DNA of 64,000 nucleotides from a plasmid: sequence record NZ_CP081674.1; one strand, 5' to 3'. Shown piece by piece: positions 30,385 to 40,022 of this stretch (position 1 is its first letter; each line of letters starts with the position of its first letter). The notes under the pieces were generated by a model. It saw only the letters and a program-made list of their open reading frames with translations, ran no database searches and was not told where the DNA came from. The position numbers and the translations under genes were made by a program.

Positions 30385-30885
30385 TCAGCTCTTCCTGCTT
30401 CGTTCCCACATCCGGTCTGAACCCACCAAACCCAACAGCTGGTTGGGCTCTGGATGCAGATACTTGAACTGGTTGAACTGGGCCTCGGCCGCCGCATGTA
30501 CTTCGTCACGCAACTCGTCGAGCTCGTGAAAATACTCGCGCCGTCGGTCCTCCATCTGGGCCGGCGTCAGCTGCTGGTTTTCTCCCACCCCACCAAACCG
30601 GTTACCCGCGAACATGTACACCATCGAGCCGATCATCATGATCGGAAACAGCAGCGAGAACACCGCCATCGGACCCTGTCTCAGTCCTGGCTGCGACATC
30701 ATCAAAGCGATCATCCCGATCACCGCCAGCCCCACAACCGCCGGAAGAATGATCTGAATCTTCGTCCGCGGTATCGGCCGGGGAGCCACCAACGGCTCCA
30801 ACGACGTCGGTACATGGATGGCTGCGCTACTGACCCCACGAGGCAGCTTAGGCTTCGGCCCAGGATTAAACCGCAACGTAGACAC
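30385..30885 (-). CDS. eccC: EccC N-terminal transmembrane segment, about 166 aa, ending at the in-frame TGA. It either belongs to eccC or is translated separately.
   Basis: Two TM helices and the conserved ...GLVGSDRMWER motif that precedes the ATPase domains in EccC proteins. A GTG at 30885 has an AGGGAGGG RBS upstream. Confidence 0.6.
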   Translation of the reverse strand: MSTLRFNPGPKPKLPRGVSSAAIHVPTSLEPLVAPRPIPRTKIQIILPAVVGLAVIGMIALMMSQPGLRQGPMAVFSLLFPIMMIGSMVYMFAGNRFGGVGENQQLTPAQMEDRRREYFHELDELRDEVHAAAEAQFNQFKYLHPEPNQLLGLVGSDRMWERSRKS

Positions 30886-30889
30886 CGAT

Positions 30890-32410
30890 CTACCCTCCCT
30901 GATTCGCTTGAGCCGACTGCGGCTTGAGTGGCGCCATCGCCCCGTCGAGCGAATCGTGTGCTGTAGTGGCCGCCCGCTGCGACAGCTCCGGACCTGAAGG
31001 CCATACCTGAAGCATCGCCCACGGCGCCGAACGCACGCCCAGAAGTTCGGTACCACTACCCGGGCCCCCACCGCGAGCAAGGCCCAGTGCCTTGAGGCTG
31101 TCGCCGTCGAACGGCACGCCGAACCGCGTACCCGAATCCGATATGAGCCAAATCGTCTGCCTACGCGTCGAATCCAGCGCCGACCCCGTCGCAGTGACAA
31201 AGGTCGCTGGATCATCGCTCAACAGAACCTGGTTGGCCTGAACACCATCACTGCCACCACCGGCCAACGGCACCAACTGACCTTGTTGATCGCTACGGAT
31301 CGGCAACCTGCGACCCCTGATCACATGCGACTGAGCCTGCCGATCTCCCACCTTGAACTCCCATGCCACACACGCAACCGGCAGTGCCGACCCATCAACG
31401 AGCTGTACCGGTCGGGACGGATAGAAGTCCACGTCGAGCACCTGGCGGACCGGTGCCTCCCCCAACTGATCCGGCGAGACCTTCGGAGGCGTAGCCGCAC
31501 CATAGGAATCCTTCTGCCGCAACATCGCCGCGACCACCGGTGAGATCCGCTGGACGCCGTCACCCAACACCACAAAGAAGCTGTCCTCACCCCCGGTCAC
31601 GTCCTGACTCGACACCACAGAACCGGTCACCAGACCAGGCGCCCACTGGAAGCGCGTCGGCGCGCCGGCGTTCGGAACTGGCGGCACCACCACCGGACCA
31701 GCCGCAGGCAGCGCATCAAACAATGCCCGCGACATGACCTGGACAGACGCGCCAGGTTCGATCCCAAGGGCCGAAGTCACCGCCCGATCGCCCAGATCGA
31801 TCGGCATCCGCATGTCGTTATGAACCAGATACGTCACACCATCGAACGACAGCAGCAGCGCCTCATCCGCACCCAGCAGATCGGCGCCATCACCCAGCGT
31901 CAGTCGACCATTGATCCCAGTCACCACCGGTGCACCCGCCATCGTGTTCGATGCGGTATCGCACACAGCCCATCGCGAAGTCTCCGGCGATACTATCCTC
32001 GGCCGGTCGACGGGAGCGCCGACAATTCCGACCGTGGGACCCTTGGGCCACTTCGCCAGCTCCGCAGGATTGACGTACTTGGGTTGCGCTGGCTCACCGG
32101 CAATCAATTGCGCCGACACCAAATTCAGCGCGGGATGCAGTCGACCATTAATGAACACGTATAACGCCGTCGACTTGCGATCGGCCACGATCTTCGTCGA
32201 GTCGTCGATCTGACCGGCTGGCCGGAACCAACCGACCACCAATCCGCCGATCACCAACACGACACCGATAATCACCGACAACATCAGCAGGACGCGCTGC
32301 AACCGCATCTGATCAACTTCCATCTTGACCGAGCGCCGAAGAAACGCGAATGCGAGGCGCCGCCGCAAGAACCAATGCCCGCTTACCTGCGTCCGTGTCG
32401 CCAGGCCCAT
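30890..32410 (-). CDS. eccB: ESX secretion system protein EccB, about 506 aa, with the start assigned to an internal ATG.
   Basis: N-terminal TRTQVSGHWFLRRRLAFAFL, a single TM helix and a periplasmic repeat region fit the EccB family. It is the first gene of the ESX cluster. Confidence 0.75.
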   Translation of the reverse strand: MGLATRTQVSGHWFLRRRLAFAFLRRSVKMEVDQMRLQRVLLMLSVIIGVVLVIGGLVVGWFRPAGQIDDSTKIVADRKSTALYVFINGRLHPALNLVSAQLIAGEPAQPKYVNPAELAKWPKGPTVGIVGAPVDRPRIVSPETSRWAVCDTASNTMAGAPVVTGINGRLTLGDGADLLGADEALLLSFDGVTYLVHNDMRMPIDLGDRAVTSALGIEPGASVQVMSRALFDALPAAGPVVVPPVPNAGAPTRFQWAPGLVTGSVVSSQDVTGGEDSFFVVLGDGVQRISPVVAAMLRQKDSYGAATPPKVSPDQLGEAPVRQVLDVDFYPSRPVQLVDGSALPVACVAWEFKVGDRQAQSHVIRGRRLPIRSDQQGQLVPLAGGGSDGVQANQVLLSDDPATFVTATGSALDSTRRQTIWLISDSGTRFGVPFDGDSLKALGLARGGGPGSGTELLGVRSAPWAMLQVWPSGPELSQRAATTAHDSLDGAMAPLKPQSAQANQGG

Positions 32411-32620
32411 GCCGCGTCCGGCGCGGCTCGACTCTTGGGCCGGCGGAACCCACGGACCCCCGGACGGGCGCTGTTCAGATCCTTGATTCCCCACCACGGT
32501 CCGGACGCTACCGCTACGGCGGACGCGAGCGCTACAAGTGTGTCCAAACTTGACGCGCAGTTTTTTCGAACGCCGCCAATATCGGCTCCGAACACCGCTC
32601 GGCACTACTCACAGCGCTCA

Positions 32621-35098
32621 TCAATCCATGTCTTCTTCAACAGCGCGCAGCGGCTCGCTCAGGATCTCGCGCACATCAAGGCCTCCAGCCGCCGCTGCGT
32701 AGACCATGTCCGCCAAGGGAAGCGGTGCCCTCGACCATCCATGCATCACTTCCATCGCCCTTGCTGCAGTCCACTCGACGCGGTACTGCTGGTGAGTCGA
32801 CGCCGGAACGTCCTCAGGTCGGAAGTCATCGTCCATGCCGCCGGGGCATTTCGCGCCCACCAGCATGTAAAAGTTCCTGCACGCCGTCCCATACGACTCC
32901 CACATGGGGGAATCTTTCTCCCGGTTAGCCCGCACCACAGCCCACGCTTCACGCAGCTCCTGCGGGTACTCACCAACCTGTTGCATTACTGACATCACCG
33001 CTTGGGTGAACGGAAACATCACACGCTCCTGCAGTGTCGATGAACCGGTACCGCTCACCTTCTCAAGTCGGTCATAGAGGTCGGGATACTCCAAAGCAAG
33101 ACGATGCACATGCATGTCATCGAGACCGGGCGGCGCCCAGCCCGTCGGCACACCCACCGGTCGATAGCCCTCATACGGATTGGCCGCGACATACTCAACC
33201 CCGTGACTACGGAACGCATCAACGCGTCCCGTCGTGGCTGCCGCCACCAAGGTCCAGTCATCCCCACGCCGCAGCGCCGCATACTCAACTAGAACCCGTG
33301 CCGGGTCAGACCATCCGAACCACAACGCTCGGAAGCTACTGTCCACCAAGGGATCAGCTACAAGCAACCGCACCGACCGAGGTAGATACACGCCCTCTGG
33401 AATGTAACCAGACCCCTCACTGCTGATCACAACGGTCTCCGAGCCAGTCGACGAGCGGAAAATACCGACCGCCCAGGCCAGCGGATACTGCCGAACACCA
33501 CAGGCACTCGCCAACTCCCACGCCAGCGCGCCTGCCTCAAGCGCATCACGCGACAGCGAGGGCCCGCGTTTCGCCGCACCAGCCGCAGGAGTAGCCATAG
33601 TCGCAGGGACCAGAGTCGGCGCTGCCGCCGAACCAGAACCACCAGCGGCCGCCGGACCAGATCCACCCGCACCCGAGGCTGAAGCCGGAATCGTCGCTGG
33701 AGTCGAACCTCCAGGCGACACCACACCACCCGGCGCTGCCGGCGCACCCATCCCTGGCGCGGGCATCATCATGCCGCCACCAGGCGAGCCAGCACCCACG
33801 CCGCCTGGTGCGCCCCCCACCGGCGGCACCACCGGCGCCGGTGCGTGAGCCCCAGACCCTGCCAACCCAGCAGGAGACGCCGGCGGTGCAGGACTTGTCC
33901 CAGCAATCGCAGCGCCACCAGTCCCGGGACTGGCAGAGGGAGTGGCCGCTCCCATCATCGACGGCGGCGACGACATCGGCGACACAGCATTGGCAACACC
34001 CGACCCGGCCCCCATACCCCGAGCGAGAGCCGCCGACGGATCACCAATCCCCGACCCGGACAACCCTGCCGCCGACGGTCCGCCGCCAGGAACCCCAGTC
34101 AACCCAGAAGCCGGCGACGCCCCAGACAACCCGCCAGCTCCAGAGGACAACGACGACAACGGATTACCACTACCCAATCCAGACAGACCACCAGGGAGAC
34201 CGCCCCCACCGCCTCCACCGCTCGGCAGGCTCCCGAGCCCACCCGGCATACCAGCGCCGCCCATCTTCGATGAAGACGAACCCGGTGTTCGACCCATGAC
34301 ACCGGCCGGACCGGGCGCCATCGGCACAGCCGGGGAACCCTGCGCGTCCGGTCCCCCATCTCCGAGCGCGTCCGGTGTCCGTGGGCCGTTTCCCGCGCCG
34401 CGATCCGGCGCGACACCACTGCCGCCGCGATCACTCGCGCTCGTCGAGCCCGTTCCTTTGTCTCCCGGTCCATTCTGCTGCGGCTCGTCCGCGCGGCCTC
34501 CTCGATCCCAAGTGTTCTGGGGTTTCGGGATGCCGGGCTGGTCCAGAGGTTTCGGTCCAGAACCAGGCGTTTCTGCAGGCAGATTTGCCAACCGTCCGGA
34601 CAGTGCGGCGAAGTCCGATCCGTATTTGGTCTGATTGTATGTGCGGTGAGCCTCCACTGTGGCCAGCCCATTTGCGTACGAAGCACGTGCGTCGCCATGC
34701 CAGCGCGCAATGATGGTCTCTCGGTCCAATGTTGTTTTCGCAGAGGAAAGCTCGTTGTGTGCGCTGGTGTCGTAGTTCTCATAGGCACTCGCGACGTCAC
34801 GCAGCACACGTGCCACGTTCTTGTGCAGTTCCTGCTGTCCGCGGACCCACGCCGCACCGCGTTGGTAGTCGGCGGCCAGCTCCTGATTTCGCTCGTGGCC
34901 CTCGTTGAAGCCCGGCGAATCCGCCGCGTCTTCTCGCTGGGCGTTGGCGACGGCAAGCTGTCGGCGCGCCGCGTCGAGCTGGTCAGCGATCTGGCCATAC
35001 CGCGCGGCTGCGGCCTCAATGGGCTCGGCCGGCGGCGCCTGGATATCTGGCGTAATGATCCGATGGGAGAATGGACGTAGGTTGTTTGTGCTTGCCAC
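32621..35098 (-). CDS. espK: EspK-like ESX-associated protein, 825 aa. It has an N-terminal helical domain, a long Pro/Gly/Ala/Ser-rich linker and a folded C-terminal domain.
   Basis: The three-part layout with a ~300-aa low-complexity middle resembles EspK. It lies next to the espL-like and espB-like genes. Confidence 0.4.
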   Translation of the reverse strand: MASTNNLRPFSHRIITPDIQAPPAEPIEAAAARYGQIADQLDAARRQLAVANAQREDAADSPGFNEGHERNQELAADYQRGAAWVRGQQELHKNVARVLRDVASAYENYDTSAHNELSSAKTTLDRETIIARWHGDARASYANGLATVEAHRTYNQTKYGSDFAALSGRLANLPAETPGSGPKPLDQPGIPKPQNTWDRGGRADEPQQNGPGDKGTGSTSASDRGGSGVAPDRGAGNGPRTPDALGDGGPDAQGSPAVPMAPGPAGVMGRTPGSSSSKMGGAGMPGGLGSLPSGGGGGGGLPGGLSGLGSGNPLSSLSSGAGGLSGASPASGLTGVPGGGPSAAGLSGSGIGDPSAALARGMGAGSGVANAVSPMSSPPSMMGAATPSASPGTGGAAIAGTSPAPPASPAGLAGSGAHAPAPVVPPVGGAPGGVGAGSPGGGMMMPAPGMGAPAAPGGVVSPGGSTPATIPASASGAGGSGPAAAGGSGSAAAPTLVPATMATPAAGAAKRGPSLSRDALEAGALAWELASACGVRQYPLAWAVGIFRSSTGSETVVISSEGSGYIPEGVYLPRSVRLLVADPLVDSSFRALWFGWSDPARVLVEYAALRRGDDWTLVAAATTGRVDAFRSHGVEYVAANPYEGYRPVGVPTGWAPPGLDDMHVHRLALEYPDLYDRLEKVSGTGSSTLQERVMFPFTQAVMSVMQQVGEYPQELREAWAVVRANREKDSPMWESYGTACRNFYMLVGAKCPGGMDDDFRPEDVPASTHQQYRVEWTAARAMEVMHGWSRAPLPLADMVYAAAAGGLDVREILSEPLRAVEEDMD

Positions 35099-35140
35099 GG
35101 ACTGCTCCCCCCCTCAACTTGTGTGGATCCCGAGACTGAT

Positions 35141-35737
35141 TTACCCGAGGCCGCAGAGTCTGTTCACGGATACAACTGCTGCGTTTATCCTGTCGGTCGC
35201 AGCATCAGCTTCGGAGCCCATCCGCCGCATGGTGGCTTCCTCGTAATCGTTGTGAGCCACAAGGAAATCATGAATCGAGGCCTTGATTTCGGCCGGTGTG
35301 GCAACGTCCACTTGGCTCATCAGATGTGCTTTTTGCACGAGCGCGCTACGTGCCTCAATGCCTATCGCGTCCCTGGTCTCTGGCTCGTCCCAACCGAGCG
35401 GAGCGTTTGCAACCGCATTTCCGTTCTTAGCCATAGCTTCTGAGGCCGATACCCAGGCCATGCATGCTGCATCCTTGGCTGCAGCGGTCTCCGCTGCGGT
35501 GTAGACAGAGGGTGGCGCGGGCACGATCACGGTGTGTTGAGCGGGTTTGTCAGCGACAACTAGCCCGACCGCGCTGACAACCGTGGCGAGAGCTGAAATG
35601 GCGAGCGCACTGCCAGCGAGGACTGTCGCTCCACCGAATCTCGCACGTCGAGGGCGGTTCGCGACTGCTGCCCCAGAATCGCCATCTGAGGGCACCGGAG
35701 CGAGGTTGGTCGGACGTTCAGGGGCATGGATACTCAT
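35141..35737 (-). CDS. Membrane-anchored protein, 198 aa, a paralog of the 36078-36761 product.
   Basis: Single TM helix followed by a motif shared with its upstream paralog: AAETAAAKDAAC versus EQIAAAKKEACDA. Its ATG overlaps the preceding stop as ATGA. Confidence 0.45.
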   Translation of the reverse strand: MSIHAPERPTNLAPVPSDGDSGAAVANRPRRARFGGATVLAGSALAISALATVVSAVGLVVADKPAQHTVIVPAPPSVYTAAETAAAKDAACMAWVSASEAMAKNGNAVANAPLGWDEPETRDAIGIEARSALVQKAHLMSQVDVATPAEIKASIHDFLVAHNDYEEATMRRMGSEADAATDRINAAVVSVNRLCGLG

Positions 35738-36078
35738 GTGGCCACCGGGATTACTGTCAGGGACTGCCGATTCGACTCATCGGTCTCAACCGCGGCTGTG
35801 ACCGCCTCGCAGTTCTTGCGGGAGATACGGGCGCCTCGACTGCTGAGGGCGAGAAAGACGGTCTGAAGACCGGCTTCGGCGGCGGCCGACGCCTCGGCGA
35901 CTGGAGCCCATCCGGGGAACGCTGCAGTGGTGGCAGCGGTGGAGCCGGTCGTAGCAGCACCGGTTGCGCCTGCGGCTGCGGACATGGCGCCGGTCGCAAC
36001 AACCACGCCTGTCGTTGTTGCGTTTGCGGCGGCTGCGGGTTCTGGCTGCAGTTCGAGATGGCGTTGAACGGAAGGCAT
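35734..36078 (-). CDS. Small Ala/Thr-rich protein, 114 aa.
   Basis: ORF coupled by start/stop overlaps to both neighbours. Its low-complexity composition lowers confidence. Confidence 0.3.
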   Translation of the reverse strand: MPSVQRHLELQPEPAAAANATTTGVVVATGAMSAAAGATGAATTGSTAATTAAFPGWAPVAEASAAAEAGLQTVFLALSSRGARISRKNCEAVTAAVETDESNRQSLTVIPVAT

Positions 36079-36761
36079 TAGCGGCAGACCTCATCAAGTC
36101 GATCGCCCCAGCGGACAACTTCGCCCCGGAGCTTGTCGAGCTGGTCGTTGGGGAGCTCACGGGTGTAGGCGTCCCCCAACGCAATCCAGGCGTCGATGTA
36201 GTGAGACGTTGCCTCTTGGACATCGGCCGGGGTGGCTGGCGGGGCGTGATTACGCATGTACTCGATCTCGATCATCAACACCGTTGAAAAGGTCGAGAGC
36301 GCCCCGGCATGTTCGGGTGAAACCCGGTTGCCCAACGTCGCCATCAGTTCCCTGTGTACGCCGCCGAGAGGTTGATCCACACTTACGCTCGCGTCGCAGG
36401 CTTCCTTCTTCGCCGCGGCGATCTGTTCTGGGGTGTAGGTCGGTGGCGGCGCGACCATCGTGGTTGTGGTCGCCGGCGGCGCAGGCCTCGTCAAGTTGAT
36501 TGCGGTCATGATGATCGCCGCGATGCCGAGAAGGCACGCCGCCGCGCTCATGGCGAACACCCAGCGACCCCCGCCTCGTCCGCTGCTCTTGCCTGGTTCA
36601 GGCAGGGGTGTTGGAACGGTCTGGGGCGAACCGGTTGGAGGTGGCGGCGGTTGCGGTGCCGCTGAGGCCGGCTGGGTGAGGGTTGCGCCGGGCCTCGCCC
36701 ATGCCGCATCGGGACCGGGCGCAAATGCCTGTCCGTGCTGCTGCGGGTGCGGCTCACTCAC
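36078..36761 (-). CDS. Membrane-anchored protein with a Pro-rich N-terminus, 227 aa, a paralog of the 35141-35737 product.
   Basis: TM helix WVFAMSAAACLLGIAAIIMTAI and a conserved post-TM motif shared with its paralog. Confidence 0.45.
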   Translation of the reverse strand: MSEPHPQQHGQAFAPGPDAAWARPGATLTQPASAAPQPPPPPTGSPQTVPTPLPEPGKSSGRGGGRWVFAMSAAACLLGIAAIIMTAINLTRPAPPATTTTMVAPPPTYTPEQIAAAKKEACDASVSVDQPLGGVHRELMATLGNRVSPEHAGALSTFSTVLMIEIEYMRNHAPPATPADVQEATSHYIDAWIALGDAYTRELPNDQLDKLRGEVVRWGDRLDEVCR

Positions 36762-36947
36762 CTTCTCAGCCTAAACCGCAGCGCAGACATGCGGCTACAA
36801 GTAAGTCCGCATCCGAGTAGACATGCCTTCCGCAAATGCCCTACAAACCCATCGCCAGCTAATCGGGCAGATCACCGTGCCGGTAATGTTCGCGCCGATA
36901 TTCCGCACCAATTCGAGCACTCAGCAAATGGCCTTGACCGTAGGCGT

Positions 36948-37868
36948 TCACACCAGTGTCAGCCACATCCAGCGCTCAGGTGAACGGCGCCGCATGGCGT
37001 GCACAAATCCGTTGAGTCCTCCGTTGAATCTGGCGATCACCGGCAATCGATCGCCTCCCTGGTGTAGCGCAGCGTCCAAGATATTTTGCTTTGACAGGCG
37101 TTCGCTGGTGCTCCCGAACTGTGCCCCGCACTCTTGGCATACAAACGGCCCGAAGACGACGGGAGTGTCTGGAGCGTCAACGTCAACAAAGTGCGCTCGC
37201 TTGAGATGCTCGTTGGTGATGACATGTGGACCGGTGTCGAGGCCAACGTGGTCGAGGATCTCGAGCACTTCATCGGCAGAGGCGTACCAACCCGGCAGCC
37301 CTGGCTTCCACAACGCACCGTCGTTGCTGTACTCGCTCAGATCCATCCATTTCGGCAACAGAGCGACGTAATCGTCGGTGACTCCGAGCCCACGCATCTC
37401 CTCCGAGACCAGGACGGTGCCGTCGGCGGCGTGCGTTTCTTCCCACAGCCCGTAGTAGCGGTAGGGCCAGCATTCTTGGTTCTGCTGGCGCCGGTCGAGC
37501 ACTACTGCGCGGTCGATGACGGCGGTGATAATCAGCGGGTGTGCGCTGGCGGTGTAGACGCTGCCGATTTTCGGATGGTTGAAGTCCGGATCCGGTTCGA
37601 GCTGGCCTTGCGGCTCGACGCTATACACGTCGCCGGGAATCTCATGTCCGTCTTCGTTGACGTAACGAGCGGCATAGCCTCTCGCTGAACCCAGATGGGT
37701 GGTGCAGTACACCAGGTCCGGGCGATATTTGGGTTTGGTCATCGCGCGCAGTCCCGGAGAGTGTGCGTAGGCGCTGGTGTAGTCGAAGCCCAGATGGGCT
37801 GCGGGATAGATGATGTCGCCGGGTTGCTTGCCGGGAATTCCGCCGTGGTACAGGCGAGTTTCGGACAT
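36948..37868 (-). CDS. Protein with an N-terminal Arr-like (rifampin ADP-ribosyltransferase-like) domain and a ~170-aa C-terminal extension containing a CQEC motif. The start is assigned to the internal ATG, MSETRLYHGG.
   Basis: LYHGGIPGKQPGDIIY and DVYSVEPQGQLEPDPDFNHPKIGSVYTASAHPLIITAVID parallel the Arr motifs recalled from memory: FYHGTKANLAIGDLL and YIYIVEPTGPFEDDPN...RIVGVV. A GAGG RBS precedes the ATG at 37868. Choosing that start removes the overlap with the espL-like gene. Confidence 0.5.
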   Translation of the reverse strand: MSETRLYHGGIPGKQPGDIIYPAAHLGFDYTSAYAHSPGLRAMTKPKYRPDLVYCTTHLGSARGYAARYVNEDGHEIPGDVYSVEPQGQLEPDPDFNHPKIGSVYTASAHPLIITAVIDRAVVLDRRQQNQECWPYRYYGLWEETHAADGTVLVSEEMRGLGVTDDYVALLPKWMDLSEYSNDGALWKPGLPGWYASADEVLEILDHVGLDTGPHVITNEHLKRAHFVDVDAPDTPVVFGPFVCQECGAQFGSTSERLSKQNILDAALHQGGDRLPVIARFNGGLNGFVHAMRRRSPERWMWLTLV

Positions 37869-37872
37869 CGCG

Positions 37873-38223
37873 TCAAACCTCGTCAAGCTCGTCGTCGTAC
37901 TCCTCGGCGATCGTGATGGGCACTGCGGCATGTTCCTCGGCAGCTGCTGTCACAGCCGATTTCAGGGCGGTGTTCAGCAGTTCCTCAAGTCCCTCGTGGG
38001 TGTATCGAACCGTGCAGCCCTCAGCCAGCGACAGTGAAACCAGTCGTCCTCTGGCGTCCACGGACAGCTCAACATCGCCGTCCCCTGCGGTCACGTCAAT
38101 GCCGATACTGTCCCATTCGGCGCGAAGCTTGCTCAGCACGTTGCTGATGCGCTCGACCCGCTGAATCATCTGTCTGCTGAACTCGGCGTCGGCTTCGTAG
38201 CCTGGGTATTCGTAGACGGTCAC
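37873..38223 (-). CDS. espL: EspL-like small ESX-associated protein with a YbaB/EbfC-like fold, 116 aa.
   Basis: About 115 aa with an acidic C-terminus. It lies immediately upstream of the espB-like gene, as EspL does in ESX-1. Confidence 0.45.
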   Translation of the reverse strand: MTVYEYPGYEADAEFSRQMIQRVERISNVLSKLRAEWDSIGIDVTAGDGDVELSVDARGRLVSLSLAEGCTVRYTHEGLEELLNTALKSAVTAAAEEHAAVPITIAEEYDDELDEV

Positions 38224-39989
38224 GATTCGTCGCCCTTCGGCAGATCAATGCGTCGGCGACGGGTGACGGTGACCGCGGTCGTCGGAGTGGCTTTGACTTC
38301 TGCTGCCCTCTTCTGTTCGCCAGTGGGGTCATCAGCTTGCTCGGTATGACGGCGCGGCACCTGGCCCTTGACCATCTCCGAGTTTGGCTCGGTGGGCAGG
38401 TGAATGGACTTGTCAGGTTCCTTGACCGGCCGCGCTCCCCCGCCGCCACCACCCATGCCAGCGCCCGCCATCGGCGGCATCATCATCGGCATGCCGCCCG
38501 CTGCGGGTCCGGCGGCCGTCGCGCCGACCGCAGGCGCCGCGGCGCTGTTGATCGTCGGTGTAGGACCGGCAGGTCCGCCCATCGCGAGCATGTTGCCGCT
38601 TGCGGGCGACAGGGGGCCAGGTGCTCCACCGGCGGGTTCGGTCCCTCCACCGCCTCCACCGCCGCCTCCAGAGGACAAGCCGCCGAACGAGTCGGGTTCC
38701 AGTCCAGATGTGTCGAGTTCGCCGAGTTCGGGTTCGGCCAGTCCTTCAGTCAATCCCTGCACCGCTTGGGTCGCTTGGGAGGCAGCCGACTGGACCTGCT
38801 GTCCGATGGCCGACGGGATGCTCGTCACTGCGCCGAGCGCACCACCCAACGCGCCGGCCAGCATCGTGGGCAGCATCGCAGCCATCGGTGCCATCTGGCT
38901 CACCATGTCGCCCTGTCCTTGTCCAGCCAGGGCGGGATCGCTCGTCGGCAGACCGTCTGATCCCAGCTCTGCACCCGCGAGCGCAACGTCGTCACCGGGC
39001 ACGGCGGCGGCAGCTGCGTCGTCGACATGTTCGCCGACCGCGGGTGATTGGCCGACTGATGCGGGGTCGCCGTTGCGGGCACCGGGATCGGTTTGACCGA
39101 CCACCGGCTTCACCGGTGGCGGGGGTGGCGGCGCGGCGGGCAGTTCCCCCAGGTGGTAATTCGCCGAGGCGATCCCCGCTCCGGTGTTGAGCGCCGCCAA
39201 CTCGGTCTTGAGCTGTGTCACCACGCCCGAATATGCACCTGCGAAGCGGGCGTTGAGCGTGGTCGCGTTGGAGAGCTCGCGTTCCTTGTTGGTGAACGCC
39301 GCAGTGCGAGGGGTGTCCTTTTGAGCTGTACTGAACCGCTCCCGATGCCCGCTGGCGGCCTGAGCGACCGTCGTCGCGTGGTCTCCCATTCGGTCTGCCC
39401 AGTTAGCGAATCGCGTCAGTGCTGCCGCCAGCTCAGGACCTGTCTGGCCGTGAAGTGATTGCTCGACTGCGTTGACCGCCGATCGGGCGGCGCTGGCCGT
39501 TTGACGGAAACCCGCACTGTAGCGGCCGCACGCAGCCACGAACGATGTTCCAGCTTCGCTTTGGCCGCTTTCCATGATCGCGGCCTGGACCTTGCCGGGC
39601 CGGGCCGCTGTCGGAACGATCGGCACATCCGGCGCGACGGCATTCGCTGTGGCGGCGGGATTCATTGCCGCAGTGACCCCGCCGTGGGCTCCAGATTGAA
39701 GGCTAGACAGGGACGCGGCGTTCTCCCGGTCCATATCGGTGAACACGCGCGCTACTTCGTTGACTGCCTGGACAGCTGATTGCAGCACCTGAGCCCCGTC
39801 GGCTGCGCGGGACGCCATCACAGCGCCATGCTCGGATAACCGTGCGGCCGCTGAGGCCGAAACTTCATCGCCGGCCAGAGCAGCATGTGCCGGCGGTGTG
39901 GCCGCTAGGGCAACCAAGGTTGATGCCGCTGCGGCGAGCTGACTCGACGCACCGGCCAGGCCTGCATCGTTGGCATATAAGGCCACCAT
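38220..39989 (-). CDS. espB: EspB-like protein, 589 aa. It has a PE/PPE-like helical N-terminal domain, a Pro-rich linker and a Gly/Met-rich C-terminus.
   Basis: Architecture matches EspB (Rv3881c). There is a PPPPPPVKP linker, a GGGGGGGGG run and an MPMMMPPMAGAGMGGGGGG tail. Confidence 0.5.
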   Translation of the reverse strand: MVALYANDAGLAGASSQLAAAASTLVALAATPPAHAALAGDEVSASAAARLSEHGAVMASRAADGAQVLQSAVQAVNEVARVFTDMDRENAASLSSLQSGAHGGVTAAMNPAATANAVAPDVPIVPTAARPGKVQAAIMESGQSEAGTSFVAACGRYSAGFRQTASAARSAVNAVEQSLHGQTGPELAAALTRFANWADRMGDHATTVAQAASGHRERFSTAQKDTPRTAAFTNKERELSNATTLNARFAGAYSGVVTQLKTELAALNTGAGIASANYHLGELPAAPPPPPPVKPVVGQTDPGARNGDPASVGQSPAVGEHVDDAAAAAVPGDDVALAGAELGSDGLPTSDPALAGQGQGDMVSQMAPMAAMLPTMLAGALGGALGAVTSIPSAIGQQVQSAASQATQAVQGLTEGLAEPELGELDTSGLEPDSFGGLSSGGGGGGGGGTEPAGGAPGPLSPASGNMLAMGGPAGPTPTINSAAAPAVGATAAGPAAGGMPMMMPPMAGAGMGGGGGGARPVKEPDKSIHLPTEPNSEMVKGQVPRRHTEQADDPTGEQKRAAEVKATPTTAVTVTRRRRIDLPKGDES

Positions 39990-40022
39990 CGGGCGTGTCC
40001 CCCTCTCCCTGGTTGGTTTCGG

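Noticed and set aside
30385..30387. TGA in eccC read as selenocysteine.
   Set aside because: No selenocysteine machinery or SECIS-like element could be assessed or is expected here. Nonsense mutation or reinitiation are the simpler explanations.
15563..35098. An EccA (AAA+ ATPase) gene near the ESX cluster.
   Set aside because: No ORF in the window has tandem AAA+ Walker A/B motifs with TPR repeats. The only P-loop proteins are EccC, the EspI-like ParA ATPase, the VirB4-like ATPase, ParA and the helicase.
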